A DNA stretch of 64,000 bases from assembly GCA_964497435.1 (NCBI GenBank), contig CAZCCD010000002.1:10050-74049 (forward strand). Direction: 5' to 3'. Each line of letters begins with the position of its first letter. The stretch's first letter is position 1. The notes beneath the pieces were generated by a model. The model was not told where the DNA came from and did not search any database. It saw nothing but the letters and a program-made list of their open reading frames with translations. Shown in pieces: positions 47,823-57,648 of the stretch. The position numbers were made by a program, and so were the translations under genes. The stretch comes from Candidatus Woesearchaeota archaeon. Lineage in GTDB: Archaea > Nanobdellota > Nanobdellia > Pacearchaeales > GW2011-AR1.

Positions 47823-48363
47823 ATTTAACAATTTCAATATTTTGTTCTTTACAAAAACTATCAAAATCTTTGAAGTAAATATCTCCTTTGAAAAAAATAT
47901 ATTCTTCAGGCGAGTCTTCAAATATGACTTTTTTAGAAAGTTTATAAGAAGCAGTTTCTGTAGTTTTCCTTACCCTGATTAATCTCCTTATCATATCGCT
48001 ATTTCCTAATTCCGGATATTTAGATAATTCATCAAAAAAGAATAATGCTGGCCACATTTTTACAGATAAATCAAAAATTTCTTCATCAGATTCTACCACC
48101 TCAATACTATTAATTAATTCATAAAAATTATCACATACTTTATTGAAAAAATCTTCTGTAAATTTTTCTTTAAACCATTCGTCAAAAATTTCTGCTTCCT
48201 CTAAATCATAATAAAGCGTCATAAAACCATTTTTACAGACAAATAAATGATTGAAATAGCCTATTCCCGCTAGCTTTTTTAACTCCTCAGATTCACCTTT
48301 ATACCAAGCTTTAACGTCAAATAAAGAACATTCACGAGTTAGGGCTTTCTTATACTTTTTCAT
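47821..48363 (-). CDS. hypothetical protein (acidic, Phe-rich)
   Basis: ORF only. Confidence 0.35.
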   Translation of the reverse strand: MKKYKKALTRECSLFDVKAWYKGESEELKKLAGIGYFNHLFVCKNGFMTLYYDLEEAEIFDEWFKEKFTEDFFNKVCDNFYELINSIEVVESDEEIFDLSVKMWPALFFFDELSKYPELGNSDMIRRLIRVRKTTETASYKLSKKVIFEDSPEEYIFFKGDIYFKDFDSFCKEQNIEIVK

Positions 48364-48403
48364 AAAATATTTAATAAAGGTTTATTTAAAAATTATAGTC
48401 AAA

Positions 48404-49438
48404 ATGAGTAGCACAAACCAATCACCCCAATATTTAAAGGCTCAGGCAAGATTTTTACAGGCTCAAACAGATACAGAAAAACTTCTTGCCTTAGAAGAAA
48501 TGATTAGAGAATGTCCTAAACATAAATCTAGTGAATCAATGCTTGCCAATCTAAAAACCAGAAGAAAAAAACTCCTGGAAAAAATTGAAAAAAGAAGTAG
48601 AAAAAGCAAATCTTCAAAGCATGGAATAAAAAAAGAGTCTATGCAGACAGTAATAATTGGAAAAACAAATTCTGGAAAATCAACTTTAATGTCTTTATTG
48701 ACAAACACAAAGCCCGAAATTTCTCCATATGGCTTTACAACAAAAAATCCTGTTGTGGGAATGATAGATTATTCTGGAACACAAATACAATTAATTGAAA
48801 ACCCCGCAATAGAATCAGAATATTATGACAAAGGATTAACACATTCCACAGATACGTTATTGATAGTTGTTAATAAATTAGAAGAGGTTAACGAAATTCT
48901 TGAGCTTTTAAGAAATATGGATAAAAAAAAGATAATTATATTCAACATCAAAGAAGATTTAGACGAAAGGAAGCTTGATGCAACACTAAAGAGTAAGAAG
49001 CTAAATTATTTTATTATTAATCTAAAAGAAAAAATTGATATAAAAAATGAAGATAATATAATTGAAGAGGTTAATATCAATTATTATAGGGCGGGTGGTG
49101 AGCAATTTCGCGAGACAAAATTGCAAAACTCACAACTAGCGGAGTTGCGAATTAGGGGGGTTGGGGGCGGGGTAGAACTTCTTAAAGAAAAAATATTTCA
49201 AAGCTTTAGCAAAATTCGTGTCTTCACAAAAGAGCCGGGAAAGCCAAAATCAGAGAGGCCCGTTATTCTTGACCCTGAAAGCAAGATAAAAGATTTAGCC
49301 GAAAAATTACATAAGAAATTCATAGAGCAATTTAAATTTTCAAGGGTTTGGGGTCCTAGTGCAAAATTTGGAGGAATGGTGTGCGGGCTAAATCATGTAC
49401 TAAAAGATAATGATATAGTAGAGTTACATACTTCTTAA
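48404..49438 (+). CDS. DRG/Obg-class GTPase with C-terminal TGS domain, atypical G3/G4 motifs and an inserted GC-rich segment
   Basis: DRG-like N-terminal helix, G1 GKTNSGKST, G2 FTT, G3 reads LIENPAI (DxxG -> ExxA), G4 reads NKLE, TGS domain (VWGPSAKFGGMVCGLNHVL.DNDIVEL). Confidence 0.6.
   Translation: MSSTNQSPQYLKAQARFLQAQTDTEKLLALEEMIRECPKHKSSESMLANLKTRRKKLLEKIEKRSRKSKSSKHGIKKESMQTVIIGKTNSGKSTLMSLLTNTKPEISPYGFTTKNPVVGMIDYSGTQIQLIENPAIESEYYDKGLTHSTDTLLIVVNKLEEVNEILELLRNMDKKKIIIFNIKEDLDERKLDATLKSKKLNYFIINLKEKIDIKNEDNIIEEVNINYYRAGGEQFRETKLQNSQLAELRIRGVGGGVELLKEKIFQSFSKIRVFTKEPGKPKSERPVILDPESKIKDLAEKLHKKFIEQFKFSRVWGPSAKFGGMVCGLNHVLKDNDIVELHTS
49101..49180 (+). repeat. GC-rich nested palindromic element in-frame inside the GTPase gene, followed by a G-tract run
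   Basis: gcaattt cgcgagac aaaattgc ... caact agcgg agttg ...; outer ttcgc...gcgaa; then ggggggttgggggcgggg; shares aaaattgc / aaaactcac / ctag / ttcgcaa words with 44741..44800. Confidence 0.5.
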
Positions 49439-50518
49439 GTTATTTTTAATGTGGTTAATTATTGGTTCTTTTGATGATACCTTAAGTAATTTTTTTAGGG
49501 TTTCATCATTATCCAGAGAGGTTGCAATATATTTCAGGAGTTGATTTTTACTAAAGCCCTTATAATTTTTTGAGTTGCTTATTTTTCCTTCTTCAATGAA
49601 TTTTATTTCTCTAAAAAATCTTTTTATATCTTCTTTACGATTCAGGTTGATGTTATTTTCGTCGTTAATTGGCCTATATCCAAGAGATTCTAAAATAAAA
49701 AGGGTGTCTTTCATAATTCCTGGATTAAAAACAGCCAAAGAAATACGCGGTTCTATTTTCCATCTTTCTTTACTTTTCCTATAAGACAGAGAATGGAATA
49801 CGCTTCCATCACCAGCGTAAAACCCCCTTAAAAAGCTATTTTTAACTTCTTTTTCAGCATTCAAAAGATCGTCAGATAATTTCTTTTTATTGAATAGGAA
49901 CCTATTTACTAAAGAAACAAAATGAATGGAATAGACACTTATTTCATACACACCGCTTTCTTTAATTCTTTTTAAAAATTTTAGTCCCCAAGAATTCATT
50001 AAATTTTCATAATAAGAGAGCAAAGAAGGATCTTTATTATAAAAATCAACATTATACTTCCCGATATATCCATCCGATAATATTAGTCCAAGAAATTCAT
50101 AAAAATATCGGTCTAACCCAATGTCTATTTCTTTAATTCTTCTGTGTTTGATCTTATTAGTTTTCCTCAAAAGATTTATTCTGGAAAAAATAGTTGAATC
50201 TGTTAAATCCAAATTTAATTTTCTTCTCAGTTCATCCTTTATCTGAGTATTATTAAATTTATTTTTACTTAATTTTAAGATTATCTCTCTCGACTTAATT
50301 ATTTTTAAATCAAAATCAATCCGGGATCTTCCTCTTCCGTTTAAAATATACCTTCCTAAAGAAACTCTTTTAAGATAACCTTTCTTCCAAAACTTCTTGA
50401 AATAATTATTTCTAACTTGATTATAGGTTAAATTAATTAATTTAGAAATTTCCTTGGTGTTGTGCTCTTCAGACCAAAGTTCTAAAATGGTTCTAGATTT
50501 GTCCAGTAAAACTCTCAT
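49424..50518 (-). CDS. free-standing LAGLIDADG homing endonuclease (double-motif, N-terminal wHTH)
   Basis: FLGLILSDGYIG and FLRGFYAGDGSV dodecapeptides ~100 aa apart; no Hint/splicing blocks, so not an intein; 3' end overlaps the GTPase gene by 15 nt, convergent. Confidence 0.7.
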   Translation of the reverse strand: MRVLLDKSRTILELWSEEHNTKEISKLINLTYNQVRNNYFKKFWKKGYLKRVSLGRYILNGRGRSRIDFDLKIIKSREIILKLSKNKFNNTQIKDELRRKLNLDLTDSTIFSRINLLRKTNKIKHRRIKEIDIGLDRYFYEFLGLILSDGYIGKYNVDFYNKDPSLLSYYENLMNSWGLKFLKRIKESGVYEISVYSIHFVSLVNRFLFNKKKLSDDLLNAEKEVKNSFLRGFYAGDGSVFHSLSYRKSKERWKIEPRISLAVFNPGIMKDTLFILESLGYRPINDENNINLNRKEDIKRFFREIKFIEEGKISNSKNYKGFSKNQLLKYIATSLDNDETLKKLLKVSSKEPIINHIKNNLRSM

Positions 50519-50594
50519 AAATACCCCAATAATCTAAAATATATAAATCTTCCTATATGCTTAAAGATCTCGATGTTGTTGAGTTTAAGACGAG

Positions 50595-50846
50595 ATGAAA
50601 ACAGAATATAGAAAAGAATTTATTAGATTTGTAAAGACAGGAATAGCAAGCCCTGAAGCAGTCATGTATTTGATTAATGATAAAAGTGTCATGGAAGCAT
50701 ATTTTAGAAATGTTGAATCAAGAAATAGATATATTGTCGGAAGAATAAAAAACATGGCTGAACAAGTAAGAAATGATTTAGAAGAAAGTGAAAAGATTTT
50801 AAGAAAATTACTAGATGATTTAAGAGGCTTAGAAGGAGTGTTTTAA
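50595..50846 (+). CDS. hypothetical small helical protein
   Basis: ORF only. Confidence 0.3.
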   Translation: MKTEYRKEFIRFVKTGIASPEAVMYLINDKSVMEAYFRNVESRNRYIVGRIKNMAEQVRNDLEESEKILRKLLDDLRGLEGVF

Positions 50847-50856
50847 AATAATATGA

Positions 50857-51108
50857 TTATTTAAGATTTTTTATTTTGTTAGAAATTCCCTTCAATCTTT
50901 CACCAATATTTTGGTAAATAATGTAAATAATCACTACTCCTAAAATTATCACAAAAGTATAAACCATAACTCTTTCTGGATTTAAAATCAAGGCGCCAAC
51001 ATAAGCAAATAATGCACCAAAACCAGTAATTAAGATAATATTTAATAGTTGAAGATATCTTTTGTAAGATAGATCCAATACGTTTTTCTCCAAATCAATT
51101 TTATTCAT
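50857..51108 (-). CDS. small membrane protein, hypothetical
   Basis: Two TM helices. Confidence 0.35.
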   Translation of the reverse strand: MNKIDLEKNVLDLSYKRYLQLLNIILITGFGALFAYVGALILNPERVMVYTFVIILGVVIIYIIYQNIGERLKGISNKIKNLK

Positions 51109-51109
51109 T

Positions 51110-51262
51110 TTAATTTGAAGCTATTAAGGAGATTCCAAAAGCAGCAATGGCTATTCCAACAATAACCTCTACAAAATTTCCTTTAGAATTTAAAGATATA
51201 TAGGCTCCAAGTAAAGTTGCTCCTACTCCAATACCTATCTTCCAGGGGTTTGGTTTAGACAT
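51110..51262 (-). CDS. candidate 50-aa membrane mini-protein
   Basis: Hand-translated MSKPNPWKIGIGVGATLLGAYISLNSKGNFVEVIVGIAIAAFGISLIASN; 1 nt upstream of 50857..51108; coordinates approximate. Confidence 0.3.
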   Translation of the reverse strand: MSKPNPWKIGIGVGATLLGAYISLNSKGNFVEVIVGIAIAAFGISLIASN

Positions 51263-51354
51263 ACTAAAAAAAAGAATTAAAAGTTTTTAAATTTAACATA
51301 TTAAACTTTTTCGTAAATTCACTAAAACACATATTTCATTTAAAACCAAAAATT

Positions 51355-51804
51355 TCACTTAAAAATCCAGTTTAACCTTAAAACAATTCTTTCGTCATTA
51401 TAATCACAAACTGCTTTAAATTTCTGACTTTTTCTATTCAATAATGAAGTTCCTAAACCCAAGGCATCAGAAATTAAGTCTTTATAACTAAACCCCTCTC
51501 TGTAAGCATCAAAAATCTCTTTAGTTACGCCTAAACCAATGACTACTGGATTAGAAACTAATTCTTCTTTAGTTATGGCATAAACACTGGATTCAGCAAC
51601 ATAACTCCCATAAAAGTGAGAAGCTTTATCTGGCATTTTCAATTCCCAATCAGAACCAACATAAAGCCAAGGATCTTTCCTTTGCATTTTAAACTCGCCA
51701 TTTGAGGGATGAGAAAATAATGGGTTTCCCGCATTAACACTCTCTGCCTGAGCTAATAAAACCAAAGCAGTTCCTATGCCAGCTATTTTTTTGTTCAACA
51801 TCAA
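51355..51804 (-). CDS. secreted protein, hypothetical
   Basis: Signal peptide MMLNKKIAGIGTALVLLAQAESVNA. Confidence 0.4.
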   Translation of the reverse strand: MMLNKKIAGIGTALVLLAQAESVNAGNPLFSHPSNGEFKMQRKDPWLYVGSDWELKMPDKASHFYGSYVAESSVYAITKEELVSNPVVIGLGVTKEIFDAYREGFSYKDLISDALGLGTSLLNRKSQKFKAVCDYNDERIVLRLNWIFK

Positions 51805-51993
51805 AAAACAGAAGATGATTTATTTAAATAGTTTATCATTAAAAAATTCACCTCAACTTCTTCCTTATAGACTCTATTAACATATCTAAGTATTCTGCAA
51901 CAGCGTTTTTCAAATCCATTGCAGGAAAAATGTCTAATATAGTAAATTTTATATACTTCAAAACCATAAATTAGTTATGTTAGTTAAAGTAAA

Positions 51994-53040
51994 TTATACG
52001 TAAGCATCTTCATAATATTTCTGAAGTAATTTGTCCTCTCTAATGGGTTTTAAAAGTTTATTAACTTCCTTAGCCATGGTATTTTTCAAATCTAATGGAT
52101 GTATCTTTTTCTCAACAAAATCTTTTTCTAAATCCCTATAAGATTTGTAAATTAAATTTCCGCCATATTTTTCTGGTCTTTCAATAACAAGAGCTTCTTT
52201 TCTATCTCCTTTCAAAATGAAAACAAGATATCTCAATAAGTCCATCAACCCATTATTTGGATTTCCTGAAACACAATCTGCATTATTTATTTTTCTTTTG
52301 ACACTTTCTTCATCATCCAAAAGATCTATTTTTGAGGAAGTCACGCTTGAGCTCATCTTTTCACCAACAAGACCTCTTATCATAGGCGTCATTATTTCTA
52401 TTCTCCTTTTATATCCTATTTTCGGAAGGTATTCCCTAGCAAAAACTAATATTTTTCTTTGATCAAGGCCGGCAAATTGGGCATCAACCTTCAAATATTC
52501 CTCATCAAGAGCTTGCATAAGAGGGTAAACAAGTCCTGAAAGTTTTACATTTTCTCCGCTTGCACTTTTAACAGCTTCTGAAGCAGAATGCTTTGCGGCG
52601 TTAACATTTGTAAATGTGCTTAGTTTCAACAAATCTTCAAAATAATTTTTATTTAATTGAATGTTGCTTCCCTTAACAAATTCTAGTTTTTTTAAGTCCA
52701 CATTTAAAGTTTTGAGGATCAGTGTTATCGATCTTTCATAATATTTCGTTCTCTTTTCTAAAATATCCCATGGAACACCATCAAGCGCGGCATGTAAATC
52801 TGCTAAAAGAATTTTTACCTTAATCCCCACTCTCAAAAAATCGGAGATTTTTAACATGGGGAAAAAATAAGCAAAAGAAACACTTCCCGTGGGCATGGTG
52901 CCCCAATAAACAGAAAGTTTACTACTACTTTTTAACTTTTTCAATAATTCTTCCTCACCAATTATTTCAGCGCAATTTCTCTTTATCAATGCTATTTTTT
53001 CTTCGTCTTTTAATTTCATAAAAACAAGAATCTCTTCCAA
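51994..53040 (-). CDS. tyrS: tyrosyl-tRNA synthetase (archaeal type) with non-canonical HIGH region
   Basis: Colinear with M. jannaschii TyrRS: IKRN.AEII.EEEL..., YPLMQALDEEYL, QRKILVFAREYLPK, KMSSS, IERPEKYGGNLIYKSY. The position of EPSGKIHLGH reads MPTGSVSFAY. Confidence 0.8.
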   Translation of the reverse strand: MEEILVFMKLKDEEKIALIKRNCAEIIGEEELLKKLKSSSKLSVYWGTMPTGSVSFAYFFPMLKISDFLRVGIKVKILLADLHAALDGVPWDILEKRTKYYERSITLILKTLNVDLKKLEFVKGSNIQLNKNYFEDLLKLSTFTNVNAAKHSASEAVKSASGENVKLSGLVYPLMQALDEEYLKVDAQFAGLDQRKILVFAREYLPKIGYKRRIEIMTPMIRGLVGEKMSSSVTSSKIDLLDDEESVKRKINNADCVSGNPNNGLMDLLRYLVFILKGDRKEALVIERPEKYGGNLIYKSYRDLEKDFVEKKIHPLDLKNTMAKEVNKLLKPIREDKLLQKYYEDAYV

Positions 53041-53093
53041 TTATTAAACCTTGCTATGGAAACAATTATAAATTTATTTTACTCATTTAACTC

Positions 53094-53900
53094 ATGTTCA
53101 AATTAATCTTCAATCCGCAAAAAGCAAAAAGGCATCCTTTTGAAACAATGTTCTTGGGTTTCTTTTACTCATCATTGTCAATACTCTTTAGCCTCTGGAT
53201 ATTTCCAGAATATTCTTCGATAGCAATGATTTTTTTAACTGTCTTCTCATGCCTATACCTAATTCAAAGTGCAATAAAGATAGAAGAAGAGAAAGAGAAA
53301 GAAAGCAAAGAAGAAAAATGGCTCCTAAAAGAGCATTCCAAGCTATTATATCTTCTTTTATCTATATTCATAGGTTTCACTATTTCTTTCACTTTATGGT
53401 CTTTCGTGTTGCCTTCTGAAAAGGTCTCAGAAATTTTTAATTTTCAAAAAATAATTGTAGAAGGAATCCAAACAGCTATCTCTACAGGAAGTTTCTCTAA
53501 TTCAGGAGCATTTATATCTATAATGACAAACAACATTAAAGTATTGGTTATATCTTTAATTTTCGCGTTTTTCTATGGTGCAGGGGCAATATATGTCTTA
53601 GTATGGAACGCAAGCGTAATGGGTTTTGTAATAGGCAACCTAGCAAAAAATACATTCGGAATAGCTGCATTACCTATAGCTTTCACAAAATATTTTATAC
53701 ACGGAATACCGGAAATGATTGCTTATCTAACTGTCGCTGTCGCAGGAGGAATAATTTATGTTGCATTCTGGAAAGGAGATTTCTCAAAAAAAGGAAAAAA
53801 GAAAAAAATATTTCTTGACGTATTAATTCTTATTGGAGCAGCCCTAATATTATTAATGATTGCAGGACTTATAGAAGTATTCGTTTCTCCTTACCTATAG
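53094..53900 (+). CDS. SpoIIM/DUF95-like membrane protein
   Basis: 6 TM; YFIHGIPEMIAYLTVAVAGG resembles the DUF95 HG.PE motif. Confidence 0.45.
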   Translation: MFKLIFNPQKAKRHPFETMFLGFFYSSLSILFSLWIFPEYSSIAMIFLTVFSCLYLIQSAIKIEEEKEKESKEEKWLLKEHSKLLYLLLSIFIGFTISFTLWSFVLPSEKVSEIFNFQKIIVEGIQTAISTGSFSNSGAFISIMTNNIKVLVISLIFAFFYGAGAIYVLVWNASVMGFVIGNLAKNTFGIAALPIAFTKYFIHGIPEMIAYLTVAVAGGIIYVAFWKGDFSKKGKKKKIFLDVLILIGAALILLMIAGLIEVFVSPYL

Positions 53901-53934
53901 TGAGGTTTTTATACACAAAACTCCTTAATATAAA

Positions 53935-54813
53935 ATGAAAAAAATAGTAATAGGTTGTATATTTAAAGGTAAAAAATTTGGAGGGGACGAAAAAATTTTT
54001 GAGAAACTAGCTAAGAAAAAAAATGTAGAAATAGTTTTTTTGGATTTCTTAAGAGACCTCGACAAAAAAGAATTAGAGGAAAAAATAAAAAAATGTGATA
54101 TAATATACAACAATAGTGCAGAGGATTTTTCAATTGAGTTTGAAAAAACAATCGAAGAGCTTGGAAAAAGAGTCATAGATACGACAAAAACATATTATTA
54201 TTACGAAGACAAATGGATGTTTTATTTAAAATGCAAAGAACATGGAATTCCAACTCCCGATACAATCATTCTTTCAGAAAATTTAAATATCGTAAAAAGA
54301 GAACTAAAGGATTTTAATAAATGGCCCTTAGTAATAAAAAGAGTCGAGGGAACATGTGGAGAGTATGTTGAGAGGGCTAAAACACAAAAAGAAGCCCTAA
54401 AAATAATAAAAAAATGGAGAAAGAAAAATCCTCTAATTCCAATAATAGCCCAGGAATTCATAAATTCTCCAAGCTATAGAGTGACATTAGTAGGCAATAA
54501 AATAATCCAGACAGCCTTAAAAAGAAGCAAGAGATGGAAGGCAACAGGGGTATATGCTAAAAAAATTAAAAAATTTGAAATAGATAGAAATCTGAAAAAA
54601 ATAATCAAAAAAATAAACAATCTTTCAAAAATAAAAGTTTGTGGAGTTGATTTCCTAAAAAAAGACAGTCAATGGCTTGCGTTAGAGATTAATTCTTCAC
54701 CAGGATTCGATTTCTTTGAATCAGAAAGAGAAATGGTAATCAGTAGAGTGATAGACTTACTTAAAAAAGAAGCAAAAAAAATTAAACATCATAAATCTCC
54801 TCAAATTTCTTAA
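53935..54813 (+). CDS. ATP-grasp ligase, RimK/LysX/CofF-like
   Basis: DKWMFY..GIPTPDT, PLVIKRVEGTCGEYV, IIAQEFI, YRVTLVGNKI, GVDFL...LEINSSPGF. Confidence 0.6.
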   Translation: MKKIVIGCIFKGKKFGGDEKIFEKLAKKKNVEIVFLDFLRDLDKKELEEKIKKCDIIYNNSAEDFSIEFEKTIEELGKRVIDTTKTYYYYEDKWMFYLKCKEHGIPTPDTIILSENLNIVKRELKDFNKWPLVIKRVEGTCGEYVERAKTQKEALKIIKKWRKKNPLIPIIAQEFINSPSYRVTLVGNKIIQTALKRSKRWKATGVYAKKIKKFEIDRNLKKIIKKINNLSKIKVCGVDFLKKDSQWLALEINSSPGFDFFESEREMVISRVIDLLKKEAKKIKHHKSPQIS

Positions 54814-55531
54814 TTTCATTTAAATTTATCTTAGAAACTATCATTCCTTCTTTCCCAATTATTTTTTTTAAGACTTTGTGAGGACTAACTATTGTTGAAT
54901 AAGATACAAGGTATTTTGAATCGACAACAGGATTACATAAAGCCACAAAATAAAGATTCTCAAAAGCCCTCGCCATTGCAAGAGATTCTAAGAGTTTTAT
55001 CTCTCTTTCTTTATGTTTTTCTTTATGCGCCTTAGTTTCATATTCCCATTGAGAAGGACAAAAAACAATTTCTGCTCCTGCTTCTTTGAGTCTTTTAAAC
55101 AAAGCAGGAAAAGCTAAATCCCAACATATAACTATACCTATTTTTGCGAAATCTGTCTTAAATATCCTAACCCTAGATCCAGGATCTACTTCATCACCAT
55201 AAAGATGTATCTTCTTATAATTCCCTTTTATATTTCCTTCCCTATCTATCAAAACTGCAGTGTTATATCTTCTCTTCCTTATCTCTAAATCTTCTGTTAT
55301 TATACACCATATAGAATTTTTCCTGCATTCCTCTCTTATCTCTTTAATTAGAGAGTCATTAAAATAAAGGGTTTCTGTTTTATGGACACATGATTCTGGA
55401 AAACAAACAATGTCTGCCCCCAACTTTCTTGCCTTTCTTATGTATTTTTTAATCTTCTCGACATTATTCCTTCTAGAAATATCAAAGTATTTTATTTGTG
55501 CTAGGGCAATTTTAGGCATTTGTTTTTTCAT
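54782..55531 (-). CDS. carbon-nitrogen hydrolase (nitrilase superfamily)
   Basis: Catalytic triad: Glu in VCFPESCV, Lys in NYKKIHL, Cys in GIVICWDLAFP. Confidence 0.8.
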   Translation of the reverse strand: MKKQMPKIALAQIKYFDISRRNNVEKIKKYIRKARKLGADIVCFPESCVHKTETLYFNDSLIKEIREECRKNSIWCIITEDLEIRKRRYNTAVLIDREGNIKGNYKKIHLYGDEVDPGSRVRIFKTDFAKIGIVICWDLAFPALFKRLKEAGAEIVFCPSQWEYETKAHKEKHKEREIKLLESLAMARAFENLYFVALCNPVVDSKYLVSYSTIVSPHKVLKKIIGKEGMIVSKINLNEIKKFEEIYDV

Positions 55532-55652
55532 TTTAACACTAAGTTAAGTAAGTTTTTAATTCTAGTGTCGGTAGGTGAAATGCTTTTTATAAACTTAACT
55601 GTTGACAAAATATTAAATATATCCTTATAAAATATAAAAAATAGGGATTTAA

Positions 55653-56852
55653 ATGCTTATAGAAATACTGCTTTTTCTCTTGCTTGGGATAATTGCAGGC
55701 ATATTTACAGGCCTTCTTCCAGGAATCCATATAAACCTTATAGGGGTCTTCCTCATAACAATTCTTCCAACATCTCTAGGTTTCATAGATCCTGTTTATC
55801 TCATAATTTTTGTAGTTAGCATGGCAATAACAAATACTTTTGTTGACTTTATACCTAGCATTTTTCTCGGCTGCCCTGATGAAGATGCAGAGCTCTCTGT
55901 TCTGCCTGGGCATGAATTATTAATAAAAGGACATGGTTATGAAGCAATACTCTTAACAGCTTATGGTGGTCTAATTGCAATATTTATATTAATTTTAATA
56001 GTTTCTCCAATAATAATTATATTTTCAAAAATTCAAAATTTCCTTCCTATTATTATACCCTGGCTTTTAATTCTCACAGCAATATTCATGATTTCGACAG
56101 AAAAAAATTTCCTGAAAGCAATATTAATTTTCTTATTAACTGGTTTTCTTGGATTATTTGTCTTAAATATAAATTTTGTAAAAGAGCCTCTTCTACCTCT
56201 CTTAACTGGTTTGTTTGGAATTTCATCAATGTTAATAAGCATAAAAACCAAGACAAAAATTCCGGATCAGGAAATAACTAGTCTAAGCGAAAAAAGAATT
56301 AAACCTTTTTTTGGTTCTGTAATTGCTTCTTTGTTGTGTGGATTTCTTCCAGGAGTTGGAGGAGGACAGGCAGCAATTGTAGGAAATTCTATAACAAAAA
56401 CAGATAGAAAAGGATTTTTAGTATTATTAGGTTCTACAAATGTGTTAGTCATGAGCCTCTCATTTATTGCTCTTTATACAATCTCTAAATCAAGAACAGG
56501 TGCAGCAGCAACTATAAACAACATAATAAAAAATAATCTCGGATCTTTTTCAGACAAGTTATTAATCTTAATATTAATAATTATATTACTTTCGGGCATA
56601 ATTTCTTTCTTTATCACAAAATTCCTTGCAAGAACAATTTCATTAAGAATTTCTAAAATAAATTACAATAAACTATCAATTATAATCATAATTTTTATAG
56701 GAATCTTAGTGCTTATTATATCTGGAATAATTGGATTTTTAGTTTTAATTATTTCAACCCTTGTAGGAGTCTATTCAATAAATCAAAAAGTCAAAAGGAC
56801 TTTGATGATGGGCTGTTTAATGATTCCGACGATTGTGGTTTATTTGTTTTAA
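55653..56852 (+). CDS. polytopic membrane protein, TctA/DUF112-like putative transporter
   Basis: Internal duplication of G...G.LPG motifs (GIFTGLLPGIHIN and CGFLPGVGGGQAAIVG), 10+ TM. Confidence 0.45.
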   Translation: MLIEILLFLLLGIIAGIFTGLLPGIHINLIGVFLITILPTSLGFIDPVYLIIFVVSMAITNTFVDFIPSIFLGCPDEDAELSVLPGHELLIKGHGYEAILLTAYGGLIAIFILILIVSPIIIIFSKIQNFLPIIIPWLLILTAIFMISTEKNFLKAILIFLLTGFLGLFVLNINFVKEPLLPLLTGLFGISSMLISIKTKTKIPDQEITSLSEKRIKPFFGSVIASLLCGFLPGVGGGQAAIVGNSITKTDRKGFLVLLGSTNVLVMSLSFIALYTISKSRTGAAATINNIIKNNLGSFSDKLLILILIIILLSGIISFFITKFLARTISLRISKINYNKLSIIIIIFIGILVLIISGIIGFLVLIISTLVGVYSINQKVKRTLMMGCLMIPTIVVYLF

Positions 56853-56890
56853 GGAGAAAAATTTATAAACAGATAATTTATAGCAGAAAT

Positions 56891-57646
56891 ATGGGCATTG
56901 AAAAAATATTGAGTAAAACAAAAAATATTGGAAGAAGATTTTTAGTTGGAATTGCTTTAACCAGCGCTCTTTCATTTAACGGATGCCAGCAAAAAGTAGA
57001 TATCACAACTCCGGACGATATAACTGTAGACCCAAAACATGTTGGGATGATTGAAGGAAGAGCATTTTCTGCAAGCATATCAACAAAAAACCAGATAGTT
57101 TTTTCAGGATACGAAGGAGCAGAAATTAGGGTGTTAAAGCCCAACTACGAATACACTGATTTTAAGACGACAAGCATATCTGAGGGAGTATATGCTATCG
57201 ATAATATACCAACAGGTAGCTACAATATAATGGGTTGTGGCCCGGGAACAGGATGGGTCGGAGACCCTCCTTGTGATTATGAGCCAGCTGTAGTATCAAG
57301 CCAACAATCCTATAAAGTATCTGATTTAGTTGTTACAATTGATAAAGCTGATAAAGACGCCATATTTTACGGAACCCTTTTTGAAAACAACCAACCATCA
57401 GTAGGGAGAAAATTGGAACTATGGCTCAATGATATAGAAAAAAGAGGCGAGACAACAACATCCTCTACAGGAGATTTTGCTTTCTATATTGATATTACTA
57501 ACGGCTCGCACTACTTGAGAAGTCCTGGGGGGGCCATAAAAATTGATGGCTGGCCCAGTAATGGATTTATAAATTTTGCAAATGTTAAAGACGAAGAGTT
57601 TGAGGGCCCTTTATTTAGAAAAAACGCCACATTCACGCCAAATTAA
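56891..57646 (+). CDS. secreted (lipo)protein, hypothetical
   Basis: Signal peptide ending ...LSFNGCQQ (lipobox-like). Confidence 0.4.
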   Translation: MGIEKILSKTKNIGRRFLVGIALTSALSFNGCQQKVDITTPDDITVDPKHVGMIEGRAFSASISTKNQIVFSGYEGAEIRVLKPNYEYTDFKTTSISEGVYAIDNIPTGSYNIMGCGPGTGWVGDPPCDYEPAVVSSQQSYKVSDLVVTIDKADKDAIFYGTLFENNQPSVGRKLELWLNDIEKRGETTTSSTGDFAFYIDITNGSHYLRSPGGAIKIDGWPSNGFINFANVKDEEFEGPLFRKNATFTPN

Positions 57647-57648
57647 TT

